Positions 31,501 through 43,691 of a stretch of 59,947 nt of DNA are shown piece by piece. Every line of letters begins with the position of its first letter. Within the stretch, counting starts at the first letter, position 1. The position numbers were made by a program, and so were the translations under genes. The DNA comes from Naegleria gruberi (taxonomy: Eukaryota). Location of the stretch: assembly GCA_000004985.1 (NCBI GenBank), contig GG738937.1; one strand, given 5' to 3'. The notes beneath the pieces were generated by a model, which worked only from the letters and a program-made list of their open reading frames with translations, was not told the origin of the DNA and ran no database searches.

Positions 31501-34500
31501 NNNNNNNNNNNNNNNNNNNNNNNNNNNNNNNNNNNNNNNNNNNNNNNNNNNNNNNNNNNNNNNNNNNNNNNNNNNNNNNNNNNNNNNNNNNNNNNNNNNN
31601 NNNNNNNNNNNNNNNNNNNNNNNNNNNNNNNNNNNNNNNNNNNNNNNNNNNNNNNNNNNNNNNNNNNNNNNNNNNNNNNNNNNNNNNNNNNNNNNNNNNN
31701 NNNNNNNNNNNNNNNNNNNNNNNNNNNNNNNNNNNNNNNNNNNNNNNNNNNNNNNNNNNNNNNNNNNNNNNNNNNNNNNNNNNNNNNNNNNNNNNNNNNN
31801 NNNNNNNNNNNNNNNNNNNNNNNNNNNNNNNNNNNNNNNNNNNNNNNNNNNNNNNNNNNNNNNNNNNNNNNNNNNNNNNNNNNNNNNNNNNNNNNNNNNN
31901 NNNNNNNNNNNNNNNNNNNNNNNNNNNNNNNNNNNNNNNNNNNNNNNNNNNNNNNNNNNNNNNNNNNNNNNNNNNNNNNNNNNNNNNNNNNNNNNNNNNN
32001 NNNNNNNNNNNNNNNNNNNNNNNNNNNNNNNNNNNNNNNNNNNNNNNNNNNNNNNNNNNNNNNNNNNNNNNNNNNNNNNNNNNNNNNNNNNNNNNNNNNN
32101 NNNNNNNNNNNNNNNNNNNNNNNNNNNNNNNNNNNNNNNNNNNNNNNNNNNNNNNNNNNNNNNNNNNNNNNNNNNNNNNNNNNNNNNNNNNNNNNNNNNN
32201 NNNNNNNNNNNNNNNNNNNNNNNNNNNNNNNNNNNNNNNNNNNNNNNNNNNNNNNNNNNNNNNNNNNNNNNNNNNNNNNNNNNNNNNNNNNNNNNNNNNN
32301 NNNNNNNNNNNNNNNNNNNNNNNNNNNNNNNNNNNNNNNNNNNNNNNNNNNNNNNNNNNNNNNNNNNNNNNNNNNNNNNNNNNNNNNNNNNNNNNNNNNN
32401 NNNNNNNNNNNNNNNNNNNNNNNNNNNNNNNNNNNNNNNNNNNNNNNNNNNNNNNNNNNNNNNNNNNNNNNNNNNNNNNNNNNNNNNNNNNNNNNNNNNN
32501 NNNNNNNNNNNNNNNNNNNNNNNNNNNNNNNNNNNNNNNNNNNNNNNNNNNNNNNNNNNNNNNNNNNNNNNNNNNNNNNNNNNNNNNNNNNNNNNNNNNN
32601 NNNNNNNNNNNNNNNNNNNNNNNNNNNNNNNNNNNNNNNNNNNNNNNNNNNNNNNNNNNNNNNNNNNNNNNNNNNNNNNNNNNNNNNNNNNNNNNNNNNN
32701 NNNNNNNNNNNNNNNNNNNNNNNNNNNNNNNNNNNNNNNNNNNNNNNNNNNNNNNNNNNNNNNNNNNNNNNNNNNNNNNNNNNNNNNNNNNNNNNNNNNN
32801 NNNNNNNNNNNNNNNNNNNNNNNNNNNNNNNNNNNNNNNNNNNNNNNNNNNNNNNNNNNNNNNNNNNNNNNNNNNNNNNNNNNNNNNNNNNNNNNNNNNN
32901 NNNNNNNNNNNNNNNNNNNNNNNNNNNNNNNNNNNNNNNNNNNNNNNNNNNNNNNNNNNNNNNNNNNNNNNNNNNNNNNNNNNNNNNNNNNNNNNNNNNN
33001 NNNNNNNNNNNNNNNNNNNNNNNNNNNNNNNNNNNNNNNNNNNNNNNNNNNNNNNNNNNNNNNNNNNNNNNNNNNNNNNNNNNNNNNNNNNNNNNNNNNN
33101 NNNNNNNNNNNNNNNNNNNNNNNNNNNNNNNNNNNNNNNNNNNNNNNNNNNNNNNNNNNNNNNNNNNNNNNNNNNNNNNNNNNNNNNNNNNNNNNNNNNN
33201 NNNNNNNNNNNNNNNNNNNNNNNNNNNNNNNNNNNNNNNNNNNNNNNNNNNNNNNNNNNNNNNNNNNNNNNNNNNNNNNNNNNNNNNNNNNNNNNNNNNN
33301 NNNNNNNNNNNNNNNNNNNNNNNNNNNNNNNNNNNNNNNNNNNNNNNNNNNNNNNNNNNNNNNNNNNNNNNNNNNNNNNNNNNNNNNNNNNNNNNNNNNN
33401 NNNNNNNNNNNNNNNNNNNNNNNNNNNNNNNNNNNNNNNNNNNNNNNNNNNNNNNNNNNNNNNNNNNNNNNNNNNNNNNNNNNNNNNNNNNNNNNNNNNN
33501 NNNNNNNNNNNNNNNNNNNNNNNNNNNNNNNNNNNNNNNNNNNNNNNNNNNNNNNNNNNNNNNNNNNNNNNNNNNNNNNNNNNNNNNNNNNNNNNNNNNN
33601 NNNNNNNNNNNNNNNNNNNNNNNNNNNNNNNNNNNNNNNNNNNNNNNNNNNNNNNNNNNNNNNNNNNNNNNNNNNNNNNNNNNNNNNNNNNNNNNNNNNN
33701 NNNNNNNNNNNNNNNNNNNNNNNNNNNNNNNNNNNNNNNNNNNNNNNNNNNNNNNNNNNNNNNNNNNNNNNNNNNNNNNNNNNNNNNNNNNNNNNNNNNN
33801 NNNNNNNNNNNNNNNNNNNNNNNNNNNNNNNNNNNNNNNNNNNNNNNNNNNNNNNNNNNNNNNNNNNNNNNNNNNNNNNNNNNNNNNNNNNNNNNNNNNN
33901 NNNNNNNNNNNNNNNNNNNNNNNNNNNNNNNNNNNNNNNNNNNNNNNNNNNNNNNNNNNNNNNNNNNNNNNNNNNNNNNNNNNNNNNNNNNNNNNNNNNN
34001 NNNNNNNNNNNNNNNNNNNNNNNNNNNNNNNNNNNNNNNNNNNNNNNNNNNNNNNNNNNNNNNNNNNNNNNNNNNNNNNNNNNNNNNNNNNNNNNNNNNN
34101 NNNNNNNNNNNNNNNNNNNNNNNNNNNNNNNNNNNNNNNNNNNNNNNNNNNNNNNNNNNNNNNNNNNNNNNNNNNNNNNNNNNNNNNNNNNNNNNNNNNN
34201 NNNNNNNNNNNNNNNNNNNNNNNNNNNNNNNNNNNNNNNNNNNNNNNNNNNNNNNNNNNNNNNNNNNNNNNNNNNNNNNNNNNNNNNNNNNNNNNNNNNN
34301 NNNNNNNNNNNNNNNNNNNNNNNNNNNNNNNNNNNNNNNNNNNNNNNNNNNNNNNNNNNNNNNNNNNNNNNNNNNNNNNNNNNNNNNNNNNNNNNNNNNN
34401 NNNNNNNNNNNNNNNNNNNNNNNNNNNNNNNNNNNNNNNNNNNNNNNNNNNNNNNNNNNNNNNNNNNNNNNNNNNNNNNNNNNNNNNNNNNNNNNNNNNN

Positions 34501-37500
34501 NNNNNNNNNNNNNNNNNNNNNNNNNNNNNNNNNNNNNNNNNNNNNNNNNNNNNNNNNNNNNNNNNNNNNNNNNNNNNNNNNNNNNNNNNNNNNNNNNNNN
34601 NNNNNNNNNNNNNNNNNNNNNNNNNNNNNNNNNNNNNNNNNNNNNNNNNNNNNNNNNNNNNNNNNNNNNNNNNNNNNNNNNNNNNNNNNNNNNNNNNNNN
34701 NNNNNNNNNNNNNNNNNNNNNNNNNNNNNNNNNNNNNNNNNNNNNNNNNNNNNNNNNNNNNNNNNNNNNNNNNNNNNNNNNNNNNNNNNNNNNNNNNNNN
34801 NNNNNNNNNNNNNNNNNNNNNNNNNNNNNNNNNNNNNNNNNNNNNNNNNNNNNNNNNNNNNNNNNNNNNNNNNNNNNNNNNNNNNNNNNNNNNNNNNNNN
34901 NNNNNNNNNNNNNNNNNNNNNNNNNNNNNNNNNNNNNNNNNNNNNNNNNNNNNNNNNNNNNNNNNNNNNNNNNNNNNNNNNNNNNNNNNNNNNNNNNNNN
35001 NNNNNNNNNNNNNNNNNNNNNNNNNNNNNNNNNNNNNNNNNNNNNNNNNNNNNNNNNNNNNNNNNNNNNNNNNNNNNNNNNNNNNNNNNNNNNNNNNNNN
35101 NNNNNNNNNNNNNNNNNNNNNNNNNNNNNNNNNNNNNNNNNNNNNNNNNNNNNNNNNNNNNNNNNNNNNNNNNNNNNNNNNNNNNNNNNNNNNNNNNNNN
35201 NNNNNNNNNNNNNNNNNNNNNNNNNNNNNNNNNNNNNNNNNNNNNNNNNNNNNNNNNNNNNNNNNNNNNNNNNNNNNNNNNNNNNNNNNNNNNNNNNNNN
35301 NNNNNNNNNNNNNNNNNNNNNNNNNNNNNNNNNNNNNNNNNNNNNNNNNNNNNNNNNNNNNNNNNNNNNNNNNNNNNNNNNNNNNNNNNNNNNNNNNNNN
35401 NNNNNNNNNNNNNNNNNNNNNNNNNNNNNNNNNNNNNNNNNNNNNNNNNNNNNNNNNNNNNNNNNNNNNNNNNNNNNNNNNNNNNNNNNNNNNNNNNNNN
35501 NNNNNNNNNNNNNNNNNNNNNNNNNNNNNNNNNNNNNNNNNNNNNNNNNNNNNNNNNNNNNNNNNNNNNNNNNNNNNNNNNNNNNNNNNNNNNNNNNNNN
35601 NNNNNNNNNNNNNNNNNNNNNNNNNNNNNNNNNNNNNNNNNNNNNNNNNNNNNNNNNNNNNNNNNNNNNNNNNNNNNNNNNNNNNNNNNNNNNNNNNNNN
35701 NNNNNNNNNNNNNNNNNNNNNNNNNNNNNNNNNNNNNNNNNNNNNNNNNNNNNNNNNNNNNNNNNNNNNNNNNNNNNNNNNNNNNNNNNNNNNNNNNNNN
35801 NNNNNNNNNNNNNNNNNNNNNNNNNNNNNNNNNNNNNNNNNNNNNNNNNNNNNNNNNNNNNNNNNNNNNNNNNNNNNNNNNNNNNNNNNNNNNNNNNNNN
35901 NNNNNNNNNNNNNNNNNNNNNNNNNNNNNNNNNNNNNNNNNNNNNNNNNNNNNNNNNNNNNNNNNNNNNNNNNNNNNNNNNNNNNNNNNNNNNNNNNNNN
36001 NNNNNNNNNNNNNNNNNNNNNNNNNNNNNNNNNNNNNNNNNNNNNNNNNNNNNNNNNNNNNNNNNNNNNNNNNNNNNNNNNNNNNNNNNNNNNNNNNNNN
36101 NNNNNNNNNNNNNNNNNNNNNNNNNNNNNNNNNNNNNNNNNNNNNNNNNNNNNNNNNNNNNNNNNNNNNNNNNNNNNNNNNNNNNNNNNNNNNNNNNNNN
36201 NNNNNNNNNNNNNNNNNNNNNNNNNNNNNNNNNNNNNNNNNNNNNNNNNNNNNNNNNNNNNNNNNNNNNNNNNNNNNNNNNNNNNNNNNNNNNNNNNNNN
36301 NNNNNNNNNNNNNNNNNNNNNNNNNNNNNNNNNNNNNNNNNNNNNNNNNNNNNNNNNNNNNNNNNNNNNNNNNNNNNNNNNNNNNNNNNNNNNNNNNNNN
36401 NNNNNNNNNNNNNNNNNNNNNNNNNNNNNNNNNNNNNNNNNNNNNNNNNNNNNNNNNNNNNNNNNNNNNNNNNNNNNNNNNNNNNNNNNNNNNNNNNNNN
36501 NNNNNNNNNNNNNNNNNNNNNNNNNNNNNNNNNNNNNNNNNNNNNNNNNNNNNNNNNNNNNNNNNNNNNNNNNNNNNNNNNNNNNNNNNNNNNNNNNNNN
36601 NNNNNNNNNNNNNNNNNNNNNNNNNNNNNNNNNNNNNNNNNNNNNNNNNNNNNNNNNNNNNNNNNNNNNNNNNNNNNNNNNNNNNNNNNNNNNNNNNNNN
36701 NNNNNNNNNNNNNNNNNNNNNNNNNNNNNNNNNNNNNNNNNNNNNNNNNNNNNNNNNNNNNNNNNNNNNNNNNNNNNNNNNNNNNNNNNNNNNNNNNNNN
36801 NNNNNNNNNNNNNNNNNNNNNNNNNNNNNNNNNNNNNNNNNNNNNNNNNNNNNNNNNNNNNNNNNNNNNNNNNNNNNNNNNNNNNNNNNNNNNNNNNNNN
36901 NNNNNNNNNNNNNNNNNNNNNNNNNNNNNNNNNNNNNNNNNNNNNNNNNNNNNNNNNNNNNNNNNNNNNNNNNNNNNNNNNNNNNNNNNNNNNNNNNNNN
37001 NNNNNNNNNNNNNNNNNNNNNNNNNNNNNNNNNNNNNNNNNNNNNNNNNNNNNNNNNNNNNNNNNNNNNNNNNNNNNNNNNNNNNNNNNNNNNNNNNNNN
37101 NNNNNNNNNNNNNNNNNNNNNNNNNNNNNNNNNNNNNNNNNNNNNNNNNNNNNNNNNNNNNNNNNNNNNNNNNNNNNNNNNNNNNNNNNNNNNNNNNNNN
37201 NNNNNNNNNNNNNNNNNNNNNNNNNNNNNNNNNNNNNNNNNNNNNNNNNNNNNNNNNNNNNNNNNNNNNNNNNNNNNNNNNNNNNNNNNNNNNNNNNNNN
37301 NNNNNNNNNNNNNNNNNNNNNNNNNNNNNNNNNNNNNNNNNNNNNNNNNNNNNNNNNNNNNNNNNNNNNNNNNNNNNNNNNNNNNNNNNNNNNNNNNNNN
37401 NNNNNNNNNNNNNNNNNNNNNNNNNNNNNNNNNNNNNNNNNNNNNNNNNNNNNNNNNNNNNNNNNNNNNNNNNNNNNNNNNNNNNNNNNNNNNNNNNNNN

Positions 37501-39655
37501 NNNNNNNNNNNNNNNNNNNNNNNNNNNNNNNNNNNNNNNNNNNNNNNNNNNNNNNNNNNNNNNNNNNNNNNNNNNNNNNNNNNNNNNNNNNNNNNNNNNN
37601 NNNNNNNNNNNNNNNNNNNNNNNNNNNNNNNNNNNNNNNNNNNNNNNNNNNNNNNNNNNNNNNNNNNNNNNNNNNNNNNNNNNNNNNNNNNNNNNNNNNN
37701 NNNNNNNNNNNNNNNNNNNNNNNNNNNNNNNNNNNNNNNNNNNNNNNNNNNNNNNNNNNNNNNNNNNNNNNNNNNNNNNNNNNNNNNNNNNNNNNNNNNN
37801 NNNNNNNNNNNNNNNNNNNNNNNNNNNNNNNNNNNNNNNNNNNNNNNNNNNNNNNNNNNNNNNNNNNNNNNNNNNNNNNNNNNNNNNNNNNNNNNNNNNN
37901 NNNNNNNNNNNNNNNNNNNNNNNNNNNNNNNNNNNNNNNNNNNNNNNNNNNNNNNNNNNNNNNNNNNNNNNNNNNNNNNNNNNNNNNNNNNNNNNNNNNN
38001 NNNNNNNNNNNNNNNNNNNNNNNNNNNNNNNNNNNNNNNNNNNNNNNNNNNNNNNNNNNNNNNNNNNNNNNNNNNNNNNNNNNNNNNNNNNNNNNNNNNN
38101 NNNNNNNNNNNNNNNNNNNNNNNNNNNNNNNNNNNNNNNNNNNNNNNNNNNNNNNNNNNNNNNNNNNNNNNNNNNNNNNNNNNNNNNNNNNNNNNNNNNN
38201 NNNNNNNNNNNNNNNNNNNNNNNNNNNNNNNNNNNNNNNNNNNNNNNNNNNNNNNNNNNNNNNNNNNNNNNNNNNNNNNNNNNNNNNNNNNNNNNNNNNN
38301 NNNNNNNNNNNNNNNNNNNNNNNNNNNNNNNNNNNNNNNNNNNNNNNNNNNNNNNNNNNNNNNNNNNNNNNNNNNNNNNNNNNNNNNNNNNNNNNNNNNN
38401 NNNNNNNNNNNNNNNNNNNNNNNNNNNNNNNNNNNNNNNNNNNNNNNNNNNNNNNNNNNNNNNNNNNNNNNNNNNNNNNNNNNNNNNNNNNNNNNNNNNN
38501 NNNNNNNNNNNNNNNNNNNNNNNNNNNNNNNNNNNNNNNNNNNNNNNNNNNNNNNNNNNNNNNNNNNNNNNNNNNNNNNNNNNNNNNNNNNNNNNNNNNN
38601 NNNNNNNNNNNNNNNNNNNNNNNNNNNNNNNNNNNNNNNNNNNNNNNNNNNNNNNNNNNNNNNNNNNNNNNNNNNNNNNNNNNNNNNNNNNNNNNNNNNN
38701 NNNNNNNNNNNNNNNNNNNNNNNNNNNNNNNNNNNNNNNNNNNNNNNNNNNNNNNNNNNNNNNNNNNNNNNNNNNNNNNNNNNNNNNNNNNNNNNNNNNN
38801 NNNNNNNNNNNNNNNNNNNNNNNNNNNNNNNNNNNNNNNNNNNNNNNNNNNNNNNNNNNNNNNNNNNNNNNNNNNNNNNNNNNNNNNNNNNNNNNNNNNN
38901 NNNNNNNNNNNNNNNNNNNNNNNNNNNNNNNNNNNNNNNNNNNNNNNNNNNNNNNNNNNNNNNNNNNNNNNNNNNNNNNNNNNNNNNNNNNNNNNNNNNN
39001 NNNNNNNNNNNNNNNNNNNNNNNNNNNNNNNNNNNNNNNNNNNNNNNNNNNNNNNNNNNNNNNNNNNNNNNNNNNNNNNNNNNNNNNNNNNNNNNNNNNN
39101 NNNNNNNNNNNNNNNNNNNNNNNNNNNNNNNNNNNNNNNNNNNNNNNNNNNNNNNNNNNNNNNNNNNNNNNNNNNNNNNNNNNNNNNNNNNNNNNNNNNN
39201 NNNNNNNNNNNNNNNNNNNNNNNNNNNNNNNNNNNNNNNNNNNNNNNNNNNNNNNNNNNNNNNNNNNNNNNNNNNNNNNNNNNNNNNNNNNNNNNNNNNN
39301 NNNNNNNNNNNNNNNNNNNNNNNNNNNNNNNNNNNNNNNNNNNNNNNNNNNNNNNNNNNNNNNNNNNNNNNNNNNNNNNNNNNNNNNNNNNNNNNNNNNN
39401 NNNNNNNNNNNNNNNNNNNNNNNNNNNNNNNNNNNNNNNNNNNNNNNNNNNNNNNNNNNNNNNNNNNNNNNNNNNNNNNNNNNNNNNNNNNNNNNNNNNN
39501 NNNNNNNNNNNNNNNNNNNNNNNNNNNNNNNNNNNNNNNNNNNNNNNNNNNNNNNNNNNNNNNNNNNNNNNNNNNNNNNNNNNNNNNNNNNNNNNNNNNN
39601 NNNNNNNNNNNNNNNNNNNNNNNNNNNNNNNNNNNNNNNNNNNNNNNNNNNNNNN

Positions 39656-41105
39656 TCTAGTATTCAAGATTTTGTTGGCAGTTTGGATGGCAATCTTCAG
39701 GCCAGCATTCCCGACTTTAGACCTGACGATATTACCATTGTTACTTTTAAAAATAGTTACAAATGCATTAGGGTTATCAGAGAAGATTCGTCGGATATTT
39801 ATCAAAGTCACACCAGCCACAAGGACTTTATAGCTCTCATTTCTCAGATGAAGATTGCCCTCTCTCATGCCATGAGGCAGCTTATCAAGAAAGATATTGA
39901 GGAATGGCACAATCAAGTATTAGTTTTAGGTATCACAACAGACAGACAGGCATCTCATTTGTATTCTTTGCACTGCTCATCAATCAGCTTGAATGGTAAA
40001 TCAATAACTCTTTCAAATTTTACTCTTTCATTCATTGGATCCTATAAGCACGAAGTTGTTATGGATCGAATTCATCTCATTGCTAGAATTATGACAGCTC
40101 TCATTTATCCAAATAATGAAGAGGTTACCGAATATTTAACTACACAACGCCAAATAAGTATGATGTCATCCAACCAAAAGAATGAAATTTCATTTCCTAA
40201 ATTAGATGCAGACAATCAATTGATAGAATACGACAAAAATTTTGACCCAATCCAAACCCGCTCAACTCTCAAAAAGGGGAAAATTAATGGCGTTGAGTAT
40301 TTTATTAAATACCAACCAAATATTAACATTAATGAGGATTCTATAAGATATAACTTCCTAACTCTGTATGCTCCAATGATTGACGGGAATTTTTCACTTT
40401 CATTAGCTGGTAAATGTATGACTAGGTTCTTTAATAAGGGAAAGAAGATTAATATTATGGCTTTTTTCATTGATTTGCTTGTTCAGGTCTGTTTCTTACA
40501 AAAACAGCAAATTACACATAATGATATCAAACCAGAAAATATTGTGTTGTATGATAAGCATTGGTTTATGATAGATTTTGAAATAGCAACGAAATTTTCG
40601 CTTGAAGATGGAATATGTGTAGATAAGAACTTGAATCCACTGACATCAAAGAATTTTTCAGAAGGTAAGTTTACAAACTACTCAACCTATATTTTACACA
40701 TCCCTTAATGTTGCAGGATACAGATCTCCTGAGAGTTGAGAAAAATTTAATTTCCCCAAAGAGCGATATTTATTCATTGGGAATGGTTCTGTTAGAAATT
40801 ATTCATGAGGAGAGGTTGGAATTTTTAGAAGATGAAGAGACTGTTGACCTTCAAATGATGACGAAAGTATCATTCTTTCCATTATCAAAAACAAGATACT
40901 GGTCAAGTCTATGGACAAGAGAATGGATGTTTTTAGTTTACTCGATCTTTTATTTATTCCTTCAGAGAATAATGCTACTCCAAAGGTTGTTCATTTAAAG
41001 CAAAAGGCAGAAATTGTTAAAACATACTTTCAAGATAAGGACTACTTTTTGAGGAAGCACAGTCCAAAACGTGAAGATAGTGTCAGTAGAACCCTAGCCT
41101 TTTGA
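39656..41105 (+). CDS. TKL-type protein kinase, 3' part. The 5' end is in the 16.8-kb gap. One intron at 40665-40723 (59 bp, GTAAGT...ACAG). One frame break near 40861-40868
   Basis: Catalytic loop HNDIKPENIVL, then DFE in place of DFG. After the splice comes FSEDLLRVEKNLISPKSDIYSLGMVLLEI, which aligns to the TKL motif [26 protein letters not shown]. Only the acceptor at 40723 keeps the frame; the nearer TTGCAG at 40716 gives an immediate stop. The C-lobe continues in another frame (ESIILSIIKNKILVKSMDKRMDVFSLLDLLFIPS..., stop at 41103-41105). Adding one A to the aaa run at 40864-40866 joins the two frames as MMTKSIILSIIKNK. Confidence 0.6.
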
Positions 41106-42634
41106 ATTGAGGCTTTGCTCATAATTTAATTTGGAAAGTATACTTTAAATTACACGNNNNNNNNNNNNNNNNNNNNNNNNNNNNNNNNNNNNNNNNNNNN
41201 NNNNNNNNNNNNNNNNNNNNNNNNNNNNNNNNNNNNNNNNNNNNNNNNNNNNNNNNNNNNNNNNNNNNNNNNNNNNNNNNNNNNNNNNNNNNNNNNNNNN
41301 NNNNNNNNNNNNNNNNNNNNNNNNNNNNNNNNNNNNNNNNNNNNNNNNNNNNNNNNNNNNNNNNNNNNNNNNNNNNNNNNNNNNNNNNNNNNNNNNNNNN
41401 NNNNNNNNNNNNNNNNNNNNNNNNNNNNNNNNNNNNNNNNNNNNNNNNNNNNNNNNNNNNNNNNNNNNNNNNNNNNNNNNNNNNNNNNNNNNNNNNNNNN
41501 NNNNNNNNNNNNNNNNNNNNNNNNNNNNNNNNNNNNNNNNNNNNNNNNNNNNNNNNNNNNNNNNNNNNNNNNNNNNNNNNNNNNNNNNNNNNNNNNNNNN
41601 NNNNNNNNNNNNNNNNNNNNNNNNNNNNNNNNNNNNNNNNNNNNNNNNNNNNNNNNNNNNNNNNNNNNNNNNNNNNNNNNNNNNNNNNNNNNNNNNNNNN
41701 NNNNNNNNNNNNNNNNNNNNNNNNNNNNNNNNNNNNNNNNNNNNNNNNNNNNNNNNNNNNNNNNNNNNNNNNNNNNNNNNNNNNNNNNNNNNNNNNNNNN
41801 NNNNNNNNNNNNNNNNNNNNNNNNNNNNNNNNNNNNNNNNNNNNNNNNNNNNNNNNNNNNNNNNNNNNNNNNNNNNNNNNNNNNNNNNNNNNNNNNNNNN
41901 NNNNNNNNNNNNNNNNNNNNNNNNNNNNNNNNNNNNNNNNNNNNNNNNNNNNNNNNNNNNNNNNNNNNNNNNNNNNNNNNNNNNNNNNNNNNNNNNNNNN
42001 NNNNNNNNNNNNNNNNNNNNNNNNNNNNNNNNNNNNNNNNNNNNNNNNNNNNNNNNNNNNNNNNNNNNNNNNNNNNNNNNNNNNNNNNNNNNNNNNNNNN
42101 NNNNNNNNNNNNNNNNNNNNNNNNNNNNNNNNNNNNNNNNNNNNNNNNNNNNNNNNNNNNNNNNNNNNNNNNNNNNNNNNNNNNNNNNNNNNNNNNNNNN
42201 NNNNNNNNNNNNNNNNNNNNNNNNNNNNNNNNNNNNNNNNNNNNNNNNNNNNNNNNNNNNNNNNNNNNNNNNNNNNNNNNNNNNNNNNNNNNNNNNNNNN
42301 NNNNNNNNNNNNNNNNNNNNNNNNNNNNNNNNNNNNNNNNNNNNNNNNNNNNNNNNNNNNNNNNNNNNNNNNNNNNNNNNNNNNNNNNNNNNNNNNNNNN
42401 NNNNNNNNNNNNNNNNNNNNNNNNNNNNNNNNNNNNNNNNNNNNNNNNNNNNNNNNNNNNNNNNNNNNNNNNNNNNNNNNNNNNNNNNNNNNNNNNNNNN
42501 NNNNNNNNNNNNNNNNNNNNNNNNNNNNNNAATGGATTGAAAGGAGAAACTATATATTCAAACTTGCAACATTTTCATGGACTTACCTCAGGATCACAGT
42601 GCTTGTTCATCAGAATATTTTTGAGGTTATGGAT

Positions 42635-42754
42635 GGCTACGGCCATATCACGATGAATGCACCTCATCCCGTCCGATTTGAGAAGTTAAGCATCGTCGAG
42701 CCACATCAGTACTGAGGTTGGAGACAACTTGGGAACCTGTGGTGCTGTAGTCTT
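42635..42754 (+). rRNA. 5S ribosomal RNA, full-length copy C
   Basis: GGCTACGGCCATATCACGATGAATGCACCTCATCCCGTCCGATTTGAGAAGTTAAGCATCGTCGAGCCACATCAGTACTGAGGTTGGAGACAACTTGGGAACCTGTGGTGCTGTAGTCTTT. It differs from copy A at about 4 positions. T-run terminator TCTTTT at 42751-42756, with further T-runs downstream. It starts 104 bp after the 41157-42530 gap. Confidence 0.85.
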
Positions 42755-42770
42755 TTACTCTTTTTGTTTT
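42751..42770 (+). terminator. Probable Pol III terminator (T-runs) after 5S copy C
   Basis: tcttttactctttttgtttttg directly at the 5S 3' end. Copies A and B have similar T-runs on their sense strand at 921-930 and 12901-12910. Confidence 0.4.
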
Positions 42771-43101
42771 TGTACGATATTTTGAGAGTGGTTGGCAAAT
42801 TTAGTGTTGAATCGCAAGGCAAGATCTGGTTATTCCTTCCTTATCTTGTACTTTTCTTTTCACAATTGAATCATCAGATTCAACCTCCAAAGTGTTTGTT
42901 GTCCTTTATTCATGCAATAGTTAAGTGATAACCCTCTTTTTTAAGTCAACGATTTCTAAGAATTTGTAACCATATGGTTCAACATGGAACTGTCAGGTTC
43001 AATTACTATGAAGATTCAATATTTTGAACTGAATGCTAAAAATAAATAGCTCGTAAATTATCAAGAAATACCATCAAAAAGAAAAACAAAACAATCATAT
43101 A

Positions 43102-43691
43102 ATGGCCTCTTCTTCGACCACTCTCATAACAAAGATTGATTCTACCTTTGTTGATTATAAATTCCTATTGGAAAAGTATCCTTCTCCTCATGTTATTGCC
43201 GGCTATGATAATGATAGTCAATGTTGGTGTTTCCAACAACGATTCTACACCACTTTTCAGAATCAATTAAGAATGTTGATGGTTGATGAGCAGGGTAGAC
43301 ATTTGGTTGCAAAGGAAGGTGAGGAAACTTTATTGGAATTCAATGAATCCATGGTTATTGATTGTAAATCTTATTCTGATGAGAATTTTGCAAAGATCAA
43401 TCGACCAAAAGCTGGAGTGAAACATTCACTTGCTGTGTATTATGTTCCGAGTAGAGAAATCGAAAGACCAGCTGAAAATGGATCAACAACAAGGGCCATC
43501 TATCCAGAAAGCATTCTAATTGTTTATCCTACAAGAAGAGTTCAAAATTTGGTAGAGTGGTATGTCAATAATGCAAGAAGTCCAAAACCTGGAAGAAATT
43601 TATATGCCTACAATGTCAAGGAAGAATATTGGATGAGAAAGTATCAATATATTGAATTGGAACAGTCCCATGTTTATGGTATTGATGACAA
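43102..43691 (+). CDS. Hypothetical protein, N-terminal part; continues into the gap
   Basis: ATG at 43102 (MASSSTTLITKIDSTFVDYKFLLEKYPSPHVIAGY...). Open for 196 codons to the gap edge. Confidence 0.45.

Noticed and set aside
42575-42600. acttacctca just upstream of 5S copy C, reminiscent of the U1 snRNA 5' end (ACUUACCUG)
   Set aside because: It differs at the critical position and no Sm site or rest of a U1 sequence follows. It is coincidental.
929-42754. A 120-150 bp element present three times, first suspected to be a SINE/MITE or a transposon terminus
   Set aside because: Base-by-base comparison shows it is 5S rRNA. It has universal 5S sequence blocks, helix I complementarity and Pol III T-run terminators. 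It is not a novel dispersed repeat.
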